A stretch of 54,756 nucleotides of DNA, taken from positions 1 to 54,756 of the IMG/VR virus record IMGVR_UViG_3300005588_000719; one strand, given 5' to 3'. Below, piece after piece: positions 10,474 to 19,448 of this stretch (position 1 is its first letter; the number at the start of each line of letters is the position of its first letter). The position numbers and the translations under genes were made by a program. The DNA comes from a virus (Duplodnaviria > Caudoviricetes). The notes under the pieces were generated by a model. The model did no database searches, had not been told where the DNA came from, and saw only the letters and a program-made list of their open reading frames with translations.

Positions 10474-11481
10474 TTACCTAATTTCTTGTATAAAAACTTT
10501 TGCTATTCCTTTGTTCAAAATGCCGATAGAGTCAGCGGAAGCCTTGCTCATATCAATAATTCTATCGTATTTATCAAAACCGCCTTTATCATTAACCCTT
10601 ACAATTACTGACTTTTTATTTTCTGGATTGAATACAATTAATTTTGTTCCAAATTTATATTTGTTACTTGCAACTGTTAGTTTACTTTGAGAAAATATTT
10701 CTCCATTCGCTGTTTTCATACCTTCATATTTATCTGAATAATAGCTTGCAATACCTATTTGAAAATCTTTCAACCTTAAATCTTTATTATTTGAATATGT
10801 CTTTGTAAACCGAGTATAACCAAACCTATTTGTTAATGATAATTTTACATTTCTTTGAATTCGAACAGAATCTCCGCAGTTACCAGAAATCACATCAATT
10901 GTTCTATTTTCTTTATCATATTTCAATATTACTGAAACATGGTTCCCCCCTACCCTATCCTTAATTGCGAACCAACCTTCTTCTAAATCTACATTTCCAG
11001 ATAGCACTTGTTTTATAGTGTAGCTTTCTGAATTTGCATAATCAATTGCCCTCGCTGAGTATGGATTGGGAGCTATATTATTTTCTTTTGCTCTTTGCCC
11101 AATATATGTTCCGCACCAAGGAATAGAGTCTCTTCCATAAATATTTTTATTCATTTTTGTAATATCCTTGTTATCAGAGTTTGAGCTGTTTATTTCTCCT
11201 ACATCCCCTACATCATTAATTAAAGAATTTATAAAACTATTACTCTTCTTTGTACTCAATAGGTTCAATTGAGTAATTGCTTGTATCTTTGCTTGTGTCT
11301 CCTTCAAAGAGCAAATTAATTTCTGGTTTTTGAATGGTACTCTGATTGTTATTTGTGAACGTGATTGTTCCGGCTCCTGCAATAATTGAAGCAGAGATAA
11401 TGATAGAAGTAGAAATAAGCCAAAGGCTCTTTGCTCTAGGACTATCTTTAAAACCTTTAAAAGTGTTAAATTCTGGTGCAT
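10474..11481 (-). CDS. Endolysin: CHAP-like peptidase + RlpA-like DPBB lytic transglycosylase; start uncertain
   Basis: PWCG, GNHVSVI and SGN (CHAP); GIASYY, TANGE, VRVNDKG and RIIDMS (RlpA). Confidence 0.85.
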   Translation of the reverse strand: MHQNLTLLKVLKIVLEQRAFGLFLLLSLSLLQLLQEPEQSRSQITIRVPFKNQKLICSLKETQAKIQAITQLNLLSTKKSNSFINSLINDVGDVGEINSSNSDNKDITKMNKNIYGRDSIPWCGTYIGQRAKENNIAPNPYSARAIDYANSESYTIKQVLSGNVDLEEGWFAIKDRVGGNHVSVILKYDKENRTIDVISGNCGDSVRIQRNVKLSLTNRFGYTRFTKTYSNNKDLRLKDFQIGIASYYSDKYEGMKTANGEIFSQSKLTVASNKYKFGTKLIVFNPENKKSVIVRVNDKGGFDKYDRIIDMSKASADSIGILNKGIAKVFIQEIR

Positions 11482-11794
11482 AATATTTGTCCCTTAAAAA
11501 TTGAATTGTATCTGCTGTTGCTACTATTAAAATGATGAATGCGAAAATTGAATAATCAATAAATAATTGATAATTCTTAGTAAGAATATTTAGACTTAAT
11601 CCTATTACCCATATAAAAATCAAATAATTAATCCTTACTCTATCATAATGTTTTTCAGATTTTTCAGGTTCTAATTTTGGTTCTTGCTTTACTAATAAAT
11701 TCACTACCCAGTCTTTGTTTTCCAAGATGAAACTTTTAAATAATTTTAAAATTTGTTCTTTCTCAAATGAATTAAACACTTTCATTTCTTGCAC
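11240..11794 (-). CDS. Membrane protein with about 3 TM segments, holin candidate
   Basis: Hydrophobic YLIFIWVIGLSLNIL, IFAFIILIVATA and LWLISTSIIISASIIAGAG; overlaps the endolysin ORF. Confidence 0.6.
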   Translation of the reverse strand: MQEMKVFNSFEKEQILKLFKSFILENKDWVVNLLVKQEPKLEPEKSEKHYDRVRINYLIFIWVIGLSLNILTKNYQLFIDYSIFAFIILIVATADTIQFLRDKYYAPEFNTFKGFKDSPRAKSLWLISTSIIISASIIAGAGTITFTNNNQSTIQKPEINLLFEGDTSKDTSNYSIEPIEYKEE

Positions 11795-12280
11795 CTATTT
11801 ATTTTCATATTTTGCTAATTTAATTTTCATATCAGTAAGTTCTTTTTCTCTTACCATTCCTACCTTGATACCCTTAACTGTTTCTGTTAGCGTACTTAAA
11901 CCTTGTTCTAAATTGTGAATAGATTTAATCCCTTCTTCACAAAAATTGCGTAATATTTTATTTTCAGTTTCTCTGCTTTCTAAGAATTCTAATCTTCTAT
12001 TGTGCTTGTCTTCTAGAGTATGAATTGATTTCTCAATCTCTTCAATTTTATCATCTCTTTTACCATTAGAACCCTTTTCTACTTCTAATTCTTTCTTTAA
12101 ATTTTTAAAAGAGTTATTCATATCTGCTTGTTCTTTAGCTTCTTTTTTTGTGTTTTTAAGGGTGTGTTTAATCTTATCTTTAAACCATACAATTATGAAT
12201 AGAGACACAGTTACAACTTCATTTTTATATTCTTTTATTATCTCAATCATATTAATTCTTTCGATTTTTGGCTGAACCAT
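11795..12280 (-). CDS. Single-TM coiled-coil lysis-module protein
   Basis: TM VVTVSLFIIVWF then a long charged coiled coil; probable start at MIEIIKE. Confidence 0.55.
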   Translation of the reverse strand: MVQPKIERINMIEIIKEYKNEVVTVSLFIIVWFKDKIKHTLKNTKKEAKEQADMNNSFKNLKKELEVEKGSNGKRDDKIEEIEKSIHTLEDKHNRRLEFLESRETENKILRNFCEEGIKSIHNLEQGLSTLTETVKGIKVGMVREKELTDMKIKLAKYENK

Positions 12281-12657
12281 GAATTAGACTCCATATAATA
12301 ATTTTCTAAAATGATTAATGAACTTGGCATTGTATCAGAAATAGTAATTAATTGTTTTTTCAATAACTTTGTTAATATTGAATTGTATTCATTAATATTA
12401 ATTTCTGGTTCAATGTATTTTAAAAAAGGATATAATTCTGAATTGACATTTCTTTGTATAAAAAATAATTCCTCAGTAATTATTAAAGCACCTTTATTAT
12501 TTTCTGGGTGTAATATCCAACCAATGTTATACTCTTTGTCTTGTAATGACTTAGTAAATAGTGAAAACAAACGGCTTGCTTCAATACATCTATCTTCAGA
12601 AGGTATTCCGTTCTTTTCTTCTAATATTAAATATCCTATGGCGTTTTTAGTATTCAT
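12247..12657 (-). CDS. Hypothetical protein
   Basis: 136 aa, start/stop overlaps with both neighbours. Confidence 0.6.
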   Translation of the reverse strand: MNTKNAIGYLILEEKNGIPSEDRCIEASRLFSLFTKSLQDKEYNIGWILHPENNKGALIITEELFFIQRNVNSELYPFLKYIEPEININEYNSILTKLLKKQLITISDTMPSSLIILENYYMESNSWFSQKSKELI

Positions 12658-13184
12658 GTTGAAATTAAATTCAATTCTTGTTCATTATTTGCTAATTCAA
12701 TACTGTTTCTTTTGTTCTTATACTCAAAAATTATTGATGTTAGTGTTTTTCCATACAAAGAACCAAAACTTATAAATTCTGAATATGTGAAATTTATCTG
12801 AATATTTTGAATAGATGTTAGCTTGATTACTTGCTCTTCTTCCGTTTCACCATTTGCTATATTAAAATCCAATGCACCTTTTAATTGTGCAATATCGGTT
12901 GCTTTATTTTTGCTTAATTCAAATTCATTACCATTAAAAGTAAAGTTGTTAGATAATTGTGTTTTAAACCAATTTTCTAATAATATTCGTTTGTCAGCTT
13001 TAAGTTCATTAAATGATTTTTCTGGAAGAACATACTCATTATTTACAAATACAGCTTGAGGGTATGATTTTTTGAAATTGTAACTTGCCTCATTTATTTC
13101 CTTGAAATCTGGGTACTTGCTTAAATCATAATCATTTGCAAATTTAGTAACTGAATTGTTTTTTATATTTCTGTAATATTTCAT
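12654..13184 (-). CDS. DUF4376-like tail fibre-associated protein
   Basis: ELKADK, FTFNGNEF and C-terminal IELANNEQELNLI pattern; follows fibre-like genes. Confidence 0.6.
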   Translation of the reverse strand: MKYYRNIKNNSVTKFANDYDLSKYPDFKEINEASYNFKKSYPQAVFVNNEYVLPEKSFNELKADKRILLENWFKTQLSNNFTFNGNEFELSKNKATDIAQLKGALDFNIANGETEEEQVIKLTSIQNIQINFTYSEFISFGSLYGKTLTSIIFEYKNKRNSIELANNEQELNLIST

Positions 13185-13838
13185 TTATGCCTCTAATAAT
13201 TGAGAATTTAAACGCCAAATTTGATATTCGGCTTCCGTAACCGCTCTTTGATAAAGTAATACTTCTGTGATTTTATCTGTATAAGTTGGATTGTTATTCC
13301 AATAAGCAATTCTAACAACGGAGTTGCTTACATCATATCTCGTTGTAGTTCCAACAAACAAACCATTCAAATAAATTGATATTACATCTCCTTTGCATGA
13401 TAATGCAAGCGTATTCCATCCAGTTAAAAAACTTCCATTTGTATTGGTACTTCCGCTTCCAGAATCTCCGCTACTTGATATATATAATTTTCCAGAATAA
13501 GTAGGGTTCCAAGATTCTAAAACTGCAATCCCTTTATTATTAGAAGTGTTCCTAATATTAATAATTTGTCGAGTATCTCCTATATGACCTGAATAACTAA
13601 ACCTCACTAATATCGAATAATCAGAGTTCAAGTTTATTAAATTATTTGTGTCATTTTTTATATACTGATTATTTGAAAATGTATATCCTTCATTTGCTCT
13701 TTCATATTCATCAGAGATGAGTGTTGGAGTTCCTACTATTGTAAAATCATTTCCATTACCGGAACAGTCGTTGGCGTTGCCATTCATTAATAATTTTGCA
13801 ACTAATCCTGAAGTATTTAGAGAAACGCCTAACATCAA
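13185..13838 (-). CDS. LamG/concanavalin A-like lectin domain protein
   Basis: GLVAKLLMNGNANDCSGNGND, WNTLAL, SIYLNG, ITEVLLYQRAVTEAE. Confidence 0.85.
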   Translation of the reverse strand: MMLGVSLNTSGLVAKLLMNGNANDCSGNGNDFTIVGTPTLISDEYERANEGYTFSNNQYIKNDTNNLINLNSDYSILVRFSYSGHIGDTRQIINIRNTSNNKGIAVLESWNPTYSGKLYISSSGDSGSGSTNTNGSFLTGWNTLALSCKGDVISIYLNGLFVGTTTRYDVSNSVVRIAYWNNNPTYTDKITEVLLYQRAVTEAEYQIWRLNSQLLEA

Positions 13839-14266
13839 ACAGCCTCAACGATTGCATGAGACCATATTAATTTACTATTCATTTTCACTACTTCTAAACG
13901 TAGAATTTTATTCGGCAAAATAACTATTGGACTTTGACCTGCAATTTCCCCAGATTGAAAAGTAAATTCAAAATTATCCACTCCAACATTTTCTATTGTT
14001 AATTCTTCATTATAACCAACGACTGCATTTAAGAATACATCTGATGTAAGATTTCCTGAAGCTCCATTTCTTTTAATGAATACATGCCGACCATTTGCAA
14101 AGTCTATTTTATTTGTAGTGTTATTAATAGTTGCATTTTCGTCAAATATTTGGACTGTTTCTGGTGTTGCCGGAAAAGTGGAGGGCTTCCCTGTAATATC
14201 TGACCATGTAGAAGAACCACCACCTCCACCGCCACCACTTGAACTTTTATAAGAATAATACTTCAT
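13835..14266 (-). CDS. Tail fibre-related protein
   Basis: Poly-Gly linker then the WSDITGKPSTFP fibre repeat motif. Confidence 0.6.
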   Translation of the reverse strand: MKYYSYKSSSGGGGGGGSSTWSDITGKPSTFPATPETVQIFDENATINNTTNKIDFANGRHVFIKRNGASGNLTSDVFLNAVVGYNEELTIENVGVDNFEFTFQSGEIAGQSPIVILPNKILRLEVVKMNSKLIWSHAIVEAV

Positions 14267-14268
14267 AA

Positions 14269-14706
14269 TTACCTTAATACATTTATTGAATAATTATTTG
14301 TATTTGCAGTTACTTCTATAATATAATACAAGCCCGGAATTATCATATCAACTGCTATTGTTTCGGACTTTGGTGCTTCGCTTGTTCCACCAGAAAGAGA
14401 AAATGATATAGCTCCATTTGGATATTCTTCTAAATTCAATCCTGAATTCGAACTTATTTTTATTGTTCCATCTACGGCACCTTCTGACAATATTTGTATT
14501 CCTATAATACTTTCATTCAAACATTGAACTTTGAATTTTCCAGTTGTATTATATTTATATAATATATCCTTTTTACTATTTGTAATTATACTAATAGGAC
14601 TTTCTACATCTGCGTTTTCAAAGTCGTTATCCGTAAGAATTTTTTCCATTTTTAATGGTTGCCATTTTGGACTTGCTACATTTATTATTTTTGTTGGAAT
14701 TCCCAT
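14269..14706 (-). CDS. Hypothetical structural protein
   Basis: 145 aa, beta-rich, in the virion operon. Confidence 0.55.
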   Translation of the reverse strand: MGIPTKIINVASPKWQPLKMEKILTDNDFENADVESPISIITNSKKDILYKYNTTGKFKVQCLNESIIGIQILSEGAVDGTIKISSNSGLNLEEYPNGAISFSLSGGTSEAPKSETIAVDMIIPGLYYIIEVTANTNNYSINVLR

Positions 14707-14708
14707 AT

Positions 14709-16124
14709 TTATCCTATATCAAATGTTGTTTCTTCTGTACCTAAATATTTAATATTCATATATCCGTGATTAACCTTGTTATTCAATCCAACTGGCATAT
14801 AAACTTTTGCTTTAATATTTCTACCACTACCTTCATCTTCAGCTTTTATAATTCTTGAACCTTGCAAGCTAAAAACTAACATATCATGTATATTAGTCAT
14901 TGGTGTATGAATATTAGAAACATCACAAACAGAATACAAATCACTATTAGATTCGATTGTTAATGTTCTTGCTTGAGTTTGATTCAGATTAGTAGCACCT
15001 GTAATTTCTTTTTCTTCACACGCTACAAAAACATCAACTTTATAATATCCATCAAAAGGTAAATCTGATGAAGTATAAGTGAATGTATCTCCTAATCCAA
15101 TTGTTTCAGGAATATCAAAAGTTTTGAAATATTTTGTTTTACATATCTTAAAAATTTCAGTCTCTAATTCAAATCTATCATGGTTTTGAATTGCTGAATG
15201 TTGTATTTGTGCAGATTGAATATTATTGTGCGAATAAATTGGAGCAACTATTAAATCATCTTCTGTATATGCAATAAATTCAGAATCAACTTCTATATAA
15301 TCACCACTATCATAAGCATTGTGCTTTGCTTCAGAATAAGTCCAAGGGTCTCCTATAAATTTCTTAGACAATAAGAAAACAAACAAACCAGTAGCAGAAT
15401 AATCCCAACTAGCAGAATTATCTAATATATGTTTTGAGAATTTTCCTTTTACTGTTACTTTATAGAAATGTTGCTTATCTGCTTCTAATATTATTTCTTC
15501 ATTCGGGTCATGTGTCTTTAATGGAATACTTGCAGTAGATTTCTTACCCCAAGTTTCCCATAAGTATAAAGAGCAACCGTCTCTATTTAATTTTTCATAA
15601 TTAACTAATTTCCAAACTAAATTTTCGTTTAAAACAAAGGTTGCAGATACAACTTCCTTTATATCTTTTTTGTCTGTTTCGATTTTTTTAGAATTACTTG
15701 GTATAGTAGAGTAATTATTAATCAATGAAAACCAAGAGCCTTTTGTTGAAATTACTGTAAAACAACGACCTTTTATTTTATCAAAATTAATAGTGGTATT
15801 AGAACCTAAACTAACTATCTCTCCTAAGTCTTTGCTTGCATTATTTGAAGCCTCTAATACAATTCTTGCATTTGTTTTTTCATTATGCAGAAATGCACTT
15901 TCTATATTCAGTTTAGTTTTATGTGAAGTTAAATAAGATATTACAACAGTTTCATCTGATGTATTTACTTGTTCCAAACTAAATATTATTTTTCTTTTGA
16001 GTGAATCCCAAGAAACAGACAAACCATCTCCAACATCTAATTGTGAGCGATTTATAGCATGGTTCAAATCTGTACCTTGCGAAATACCTAATTGTGAAAA
16101 TATGTCTATTTTAGTATTATCCAT
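14709..16124 (-). CDS. Hypothetical structural protein
   Basis: 471 aa ORF in the virion operon. Confidence 0.55.
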   Translation of the reverse strand: MDNTKIDIFSQLGISQGTDLNHAINRSQLDVGDGLSVSWDSLKRKIIFSLEQVNTSDETVVISYLTSHKTKLNIESAFLHNEKTNARIVLEASNNASKDLGEIVSLGSNTTINFDKIKGRCFTVISTKGSWFSLINNYSTIPSNSKKIETDKKDIKEVVSATFVLNENLVWKLVNYEKLNRDGCSLYLWETWGKKSTASIPLKTHDPNEEIILEADKQHFYKVTVKGKFSKHILDNSASWDYSATGLFVFLLSKKFIGDPWTYSEAKHNAYDSGDYIEVDSEFIAYTEDDLIVAPIYSHNNIQSAQIQHSAIQNHDRFELETEIFKICKTKYFKTFDIPETIGLGDTFTYTSSDLPFDGYYKVDVFVACEEKEITGATNLNQTQARTLTIESNSDLYSVCDVSNIHTPMTNIHDMLVFSLQGSRIIKAEDEGSGRNIKAKVYMPVGLNNKVNHGYMNIKYLGTEETTFDIG

Positions 16125-16125
16125 T

Positions 16126-16755
16126 CTATAAAATATTTAATATTAGTTCTATGATTTTGGCTCCTAATTCAATCCATTCTTCTTTTGTCATATCATTAAG
16201 TTCATCAATAACATCACTCATTTTTGAATATATAGGTTGAAAAATATTAATCAATGACAGCATTAAATCAGTTGTAATACCATCTTCTGTAAACAATCCT
16301 TTTACAGTTGGAGTTTCTTTAATAAATGTCTCTACTAATTTTACAGAGTTATCAATGCCTCTTTTATTCTCTGTTCTTTCTATATTTACAAATAAACTTG
16401 CAATTAAAAATACGGTGGAGCCAAACCTTTTACCAATTTTAATAATTTCATGTTCTTGCAAATCATTTAACTCTTTTTTAATTCTTTCTTTTTCTAATAT
16501 GATTTTAGAAATCGAGTTGATTGTATTATATCCATGAATAACATCTAACCAATTGACTTTATTATCTCCCAGAGCTTTCTTAACCGAAATAATACTATTG
16601 TCTAAATTATCTAATGCTCTGTATAAAGCAGTTATACCATAGATTGATAATTCTTTTGTATTTAATACTATATCTTCGGCTTTCACAGTTCGTATTTTTG
16701 ATAGTTCAAGTGGTGAATTTTTTAAATTGTTTAATGCAAATAATGTTGAATTCAT
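16126..16755 (-). CDS. Hypothetical helical protein with an internal duplication
   Basis: ELNDLQEHEIIKIG and ELNDMTKEEWIELG. Confidence 0.55.
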   Translation of the reverse strand: MNSTLFALNNLKNSPLELSKIRTVKAEDIVLNTKELSIYGITALYRALDNLDNSIISVKKALGDNKVNWLDVIHGYNTINSISKIILEKERIKKELNDLQEHEIIKIGKRFGSTVFLIASLFVNIERTENKRGIDNSVKLVETFIKETPTVKGLFTEDGITTDLMLSLINIFQPIYSKMSDVIDELNDMTKEEWIELGAKIIELILNIL

Positions 16756-17216
16756 TATCTTATTCCTTTTATTAAAACGTCATTTACTACTAATTTTACT
16801 TTCCAAATGTAAGCTTGCAATTCTCCGTCATATCCTTCTGGTTCAGAGTATGAAAGTGTTACTAATCCAATATTTTCTAATTGAACATTATGTAAAAACT
16901 TTTCTATATAATTTGACAAATTGTTAATTGAATTAATATTTTCACTTCTTCTATATTTAGAGTATAGAGTAATCTCTCCATAATGGTCAACTGCAGTCAT
17001 AACTCCATTTTTCTTCTTATACTGTTTGCTTGCTATGAATACTAATATTTCTGCATCACTCGATAAAGAATATTCAGCAATGTCTTCTGGATATGGAATA
17101 ACATTCAAGTCAGTATTTGCTTTCAAAATATCAATAATTAAATCCTCGATTAATTCATTTTGAGGTTTTTCAATCAATACTTGTTCTTTTTCTTCTGTTG
17201 AATATGTTATGCTCAT
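16755..17216 (-). CDS. Mu gp37-like tail terminator/completion protein
   Basis: VIPYPEDIAEY and AEILV pattern; follows the gp36-like gene. Confidence 0.6.
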   Translation of the reverse strand: MSITYSTEEKEQVLIEKPQNELIEDLIIDILKANTDLNVIPYPEDIAEYSLSSDAEILVFIASKQYKKKNGVMTAVDHYGEITLYSKYRRSENINSINNLSNYIEKFLHNVQLENIGLVTLSYSEPEGYDGELQAYIWKVKLVVNDVLIKGIR

Positions 17217-17668
17217 GTTTTCCTAAGTGCTTTTAAATTCTCTTTTGTAAAATCAAATGGCTGTTTTGTTACTTTTATCAATGAAGGTGATTCACTTGAA
17301 CTTTCAGTTAATTTAATCTTTCCTGTCATTAATTTGTTTAGTGTTGCCTTGACTTCGTTGTATCTAATATTTAAAGAAGAGTTTTGCTTTATTGCATGAA
17401 CTCTCCTTTGTAATTTCACCATTGTTAAAACAACACAAACATCATTAAGAATAGCAGACTTTTCATAAAGTGGGAAATCATACGAACCTTTTAATTTTGA
17501 TATGATTTCCTCACTTGCTTTTTCAATATATCTATAAACTAAATCTTCATTTAATACTGGTGTTTCTCTTCTATCAGTTGCTTCAATATCCGATAAACGA
17601 GTTATTTCTTTTGTGCCGAACTCATCTTTCAAGTCCGACACTGAACAAAATATTTCCAGAGCTGACAT
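17213..17668 (-). CDS. Mu gp36/DUF1320-like head-tail adaptor
   Basis: FCSVSDLKDEFG, ASEEIISKLKGSYDFPL, RYNEVKATLNKLMTGKIKL. Confidence 0.8.
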   Translation of the reverse strand: MSALEIFCSVSDLKDEFGTKEITRLSDIEATDRRETPVLNEDLVYRYIEKASEEIISKLKGSYDFPLYEKSAILNDVCVVLTMVKLQRRVHAIKQNSSLNIRYNEVKATLNKLMTGKIKLTESSSESPSLIKVTKQPFDFTKENLKALRKT

Positions 17669-17673
17669 AATTA

Positions 17674-18432
17674 TTATAGATTAACACGGAGAAAATCACC
17701 ACTTGAGACAGTCTCTTCAGCAATTACAGAATTCATTGTAAATAATCCCTCTGGATTTGCTTCTACTTTTGAACCCTCTAATATCTTTATCCCTGAAGCA
17801 TCGCTTGAGTTTTGAGCCCATTGCAAAGCAACTTCCCCTGAAGTCGTACTATTTGTTATTACCGCTTCAATAACAATATCTTTCTTTTGTGTTGTAGTTA
17901 ATGATACAGTTGCAGGAGTTGAAAAGTCAATTTGGGAAGCTCCATCTACAGAAGCTAATACAGTTGCTCCGTCTGGTGTATTTAAGTTCAATTTAATTGA
18001 TTGAGTACCGGCTTTCAAATTCTCTACGGCTAATACAAATCTTGCAGTTACTGTTTCATTTTCTTTTATAGAAAATTTCAAATCAGTATCGTCTGCCAAA
18101 GTATCATCCGAAGCCTTTGTCTCATCGGTTGGCTTAATTACATTGTTTTTCCATTCCGCATTTCCAATTGATATTGCTTCTCCGTCTGCGTTAGAGATTA
18201 CTCTATCTCCTTTTACAATTGCTCCTGCAGATTTTACAATACAAGAACCCAAATTTACAACACTAAATTCATTGCCTAATTCGGCATTATCTTCTGGAAT
18301 ACCTGCAATGTTCCCACCTAATTTTGATAACTTCCCATCATATCCGACAAATCTCCAAGATGTTATTTCATCCCCTGCAATCAAGGTTTTGTGAGATAAT
18401 GGTATGTATGTTTTTGAATGATTATTACTCAT
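17674..18432 (-). CDS. DUF2190-like capsid cement/decoration protein with an inserted domain
   Basis: RFVGYDG, GAIVKGDRVISNADGEAI and terminal GDFLRVNL, separated by a ~145 aa insert; follows the capsid gene. Confidence 0.7.
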   Translation of the reverse strand: MSNNHSKTYIPLSHKTLIAGDEITSWRFVGYDGKLSKLGGNIAGIPEDNAELGNEFSVVNLGSCIVKSAGAIVKGDRVISNADGEAISIGNAEWKNNVIKPTDETKASDDTLADDTDLKFSIKENETVTARFVLAVENLKAGTQSIKLNLNTPDGATVLASVDGASQIDFSTPATVSLTTTQKKDIVIEAVITNSTTSGEVALQWAQNSSDASGIKILEGSKVEANPEGLFTMNSVIAEETVSSGDFLRVNL

Positions 18433-18445
18433 TTTAGTTTTCCTA

Positions 18446-19438
18446 TTATAATGTTAAACAATTACGAATTAAAGCACCTGCAATCAATTTAGGATTTGAT
18501 GAATTTATATCATCTACGGCTACGTGCTTAATAGCATATTTATGCGTATTCCTAATTAGCGTAGTCTTTCCACCATTCTCATCATATTGGTCAACATAAG
18601 GATATTTATCATGTTCAAAAGTGTATCCATAAGAAACTCTTCTTGAATCTTGAGTTTCACCACCAGCCAATTCTGGAACGTAAGCCATCACTATATCAGA
18701 TTTTCCCCATAAGTAATCAAATTCATTAGTTTCAGCATTCGGAACATATAAAGATCCACCTTCAACAATTTTAGTAATTCCAAATAGTTTTTGCAAATCC
18801 TCAATTGTTGTCAATCTCTTAGTAACTGGGTCTGAAATATAATCCCTAATTTGTTTATTCATTAATAACTGTTCAAGTATCAATGTAGGGATTACACAGA
18901 TATTTGGTTTTTTAACAATGAATTTTTTTACAGCATTTACAGCGTCTCTAAATACATCAATTGGAGTTGATGTATCTTTGTCAAATTTATCTCCTGCACC
19001 AGAAACATCTATTTTCAAATCTGAATGATACAAACTTGACTCAAGAGCTAAATCTGCATACTCTTTTTCTCTTTTAAGAAGTAATTTACCTTGCGTTTGC
19101 TCAGCTGCAATTTCTTCTTCTTTATAAATGTCATTCTCTTCTTCCATTTCCTGAATATCAATTGGATATTCTAAATCTCTTTCTTTCAATCTGAAATCAT
19201 CCAAATCATAAAACTCTTTTGATATTCTATTTGAAGGAGCATTTGCAGCTCTGACAGTTTGGTCTGGCAATCTGAATGCAGATTTACCAAAGATTGGTAT
19301 TTGTCCTTTTACCTTACTAACCTTAACAGTAGGAAAAAGGTTCTCACCAACAAGTTCATTATTTGAATAGCCTTGAGCTAATTCTCTTAGCAAAGGTCTT
19401 TCAATAGCATTCATTTTGTCTATTCTTGACTGTGGCAT
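18446..19438 (-). CDS. Major capsid protein
   Basis: 330 aa after the protease; LAQGYSN, LFPTVKV, WGKSDIVMAYV and SYGYTF motifs. Confidence 0.88.
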   Translation of the reverse strand: MPQSRIDKMNAIERPLLRELAQGYSNNELVGENLFPTVKVSKVKGQIPIFGKSAFRLPDQTVRAANAPSNRISKEFYDLDDFRLKERDLEYPIDIQEMEEENDIYKEEEIAAEQTQGKLLLKREKEYADLALESSLYHSDLKIDVSGAGDKFDKDTSTPIDVFRDAVNAVKKFIVKKPNICVIPTLILEQLLMNKQIRDYISDPVTKRLTTIEDLQKLFGITKIVEGGSLYVPNAETNEFDYLWGKSDIVMAYVPELAGGETQDSRRVSYGYTFEHDKYPYVDQYDENGGKTTLIRNTHKYAIKHVAVDDINSSNPKLIAGALIRNCLTL

Positions 19439-19448
19439 TTTTCTAACC

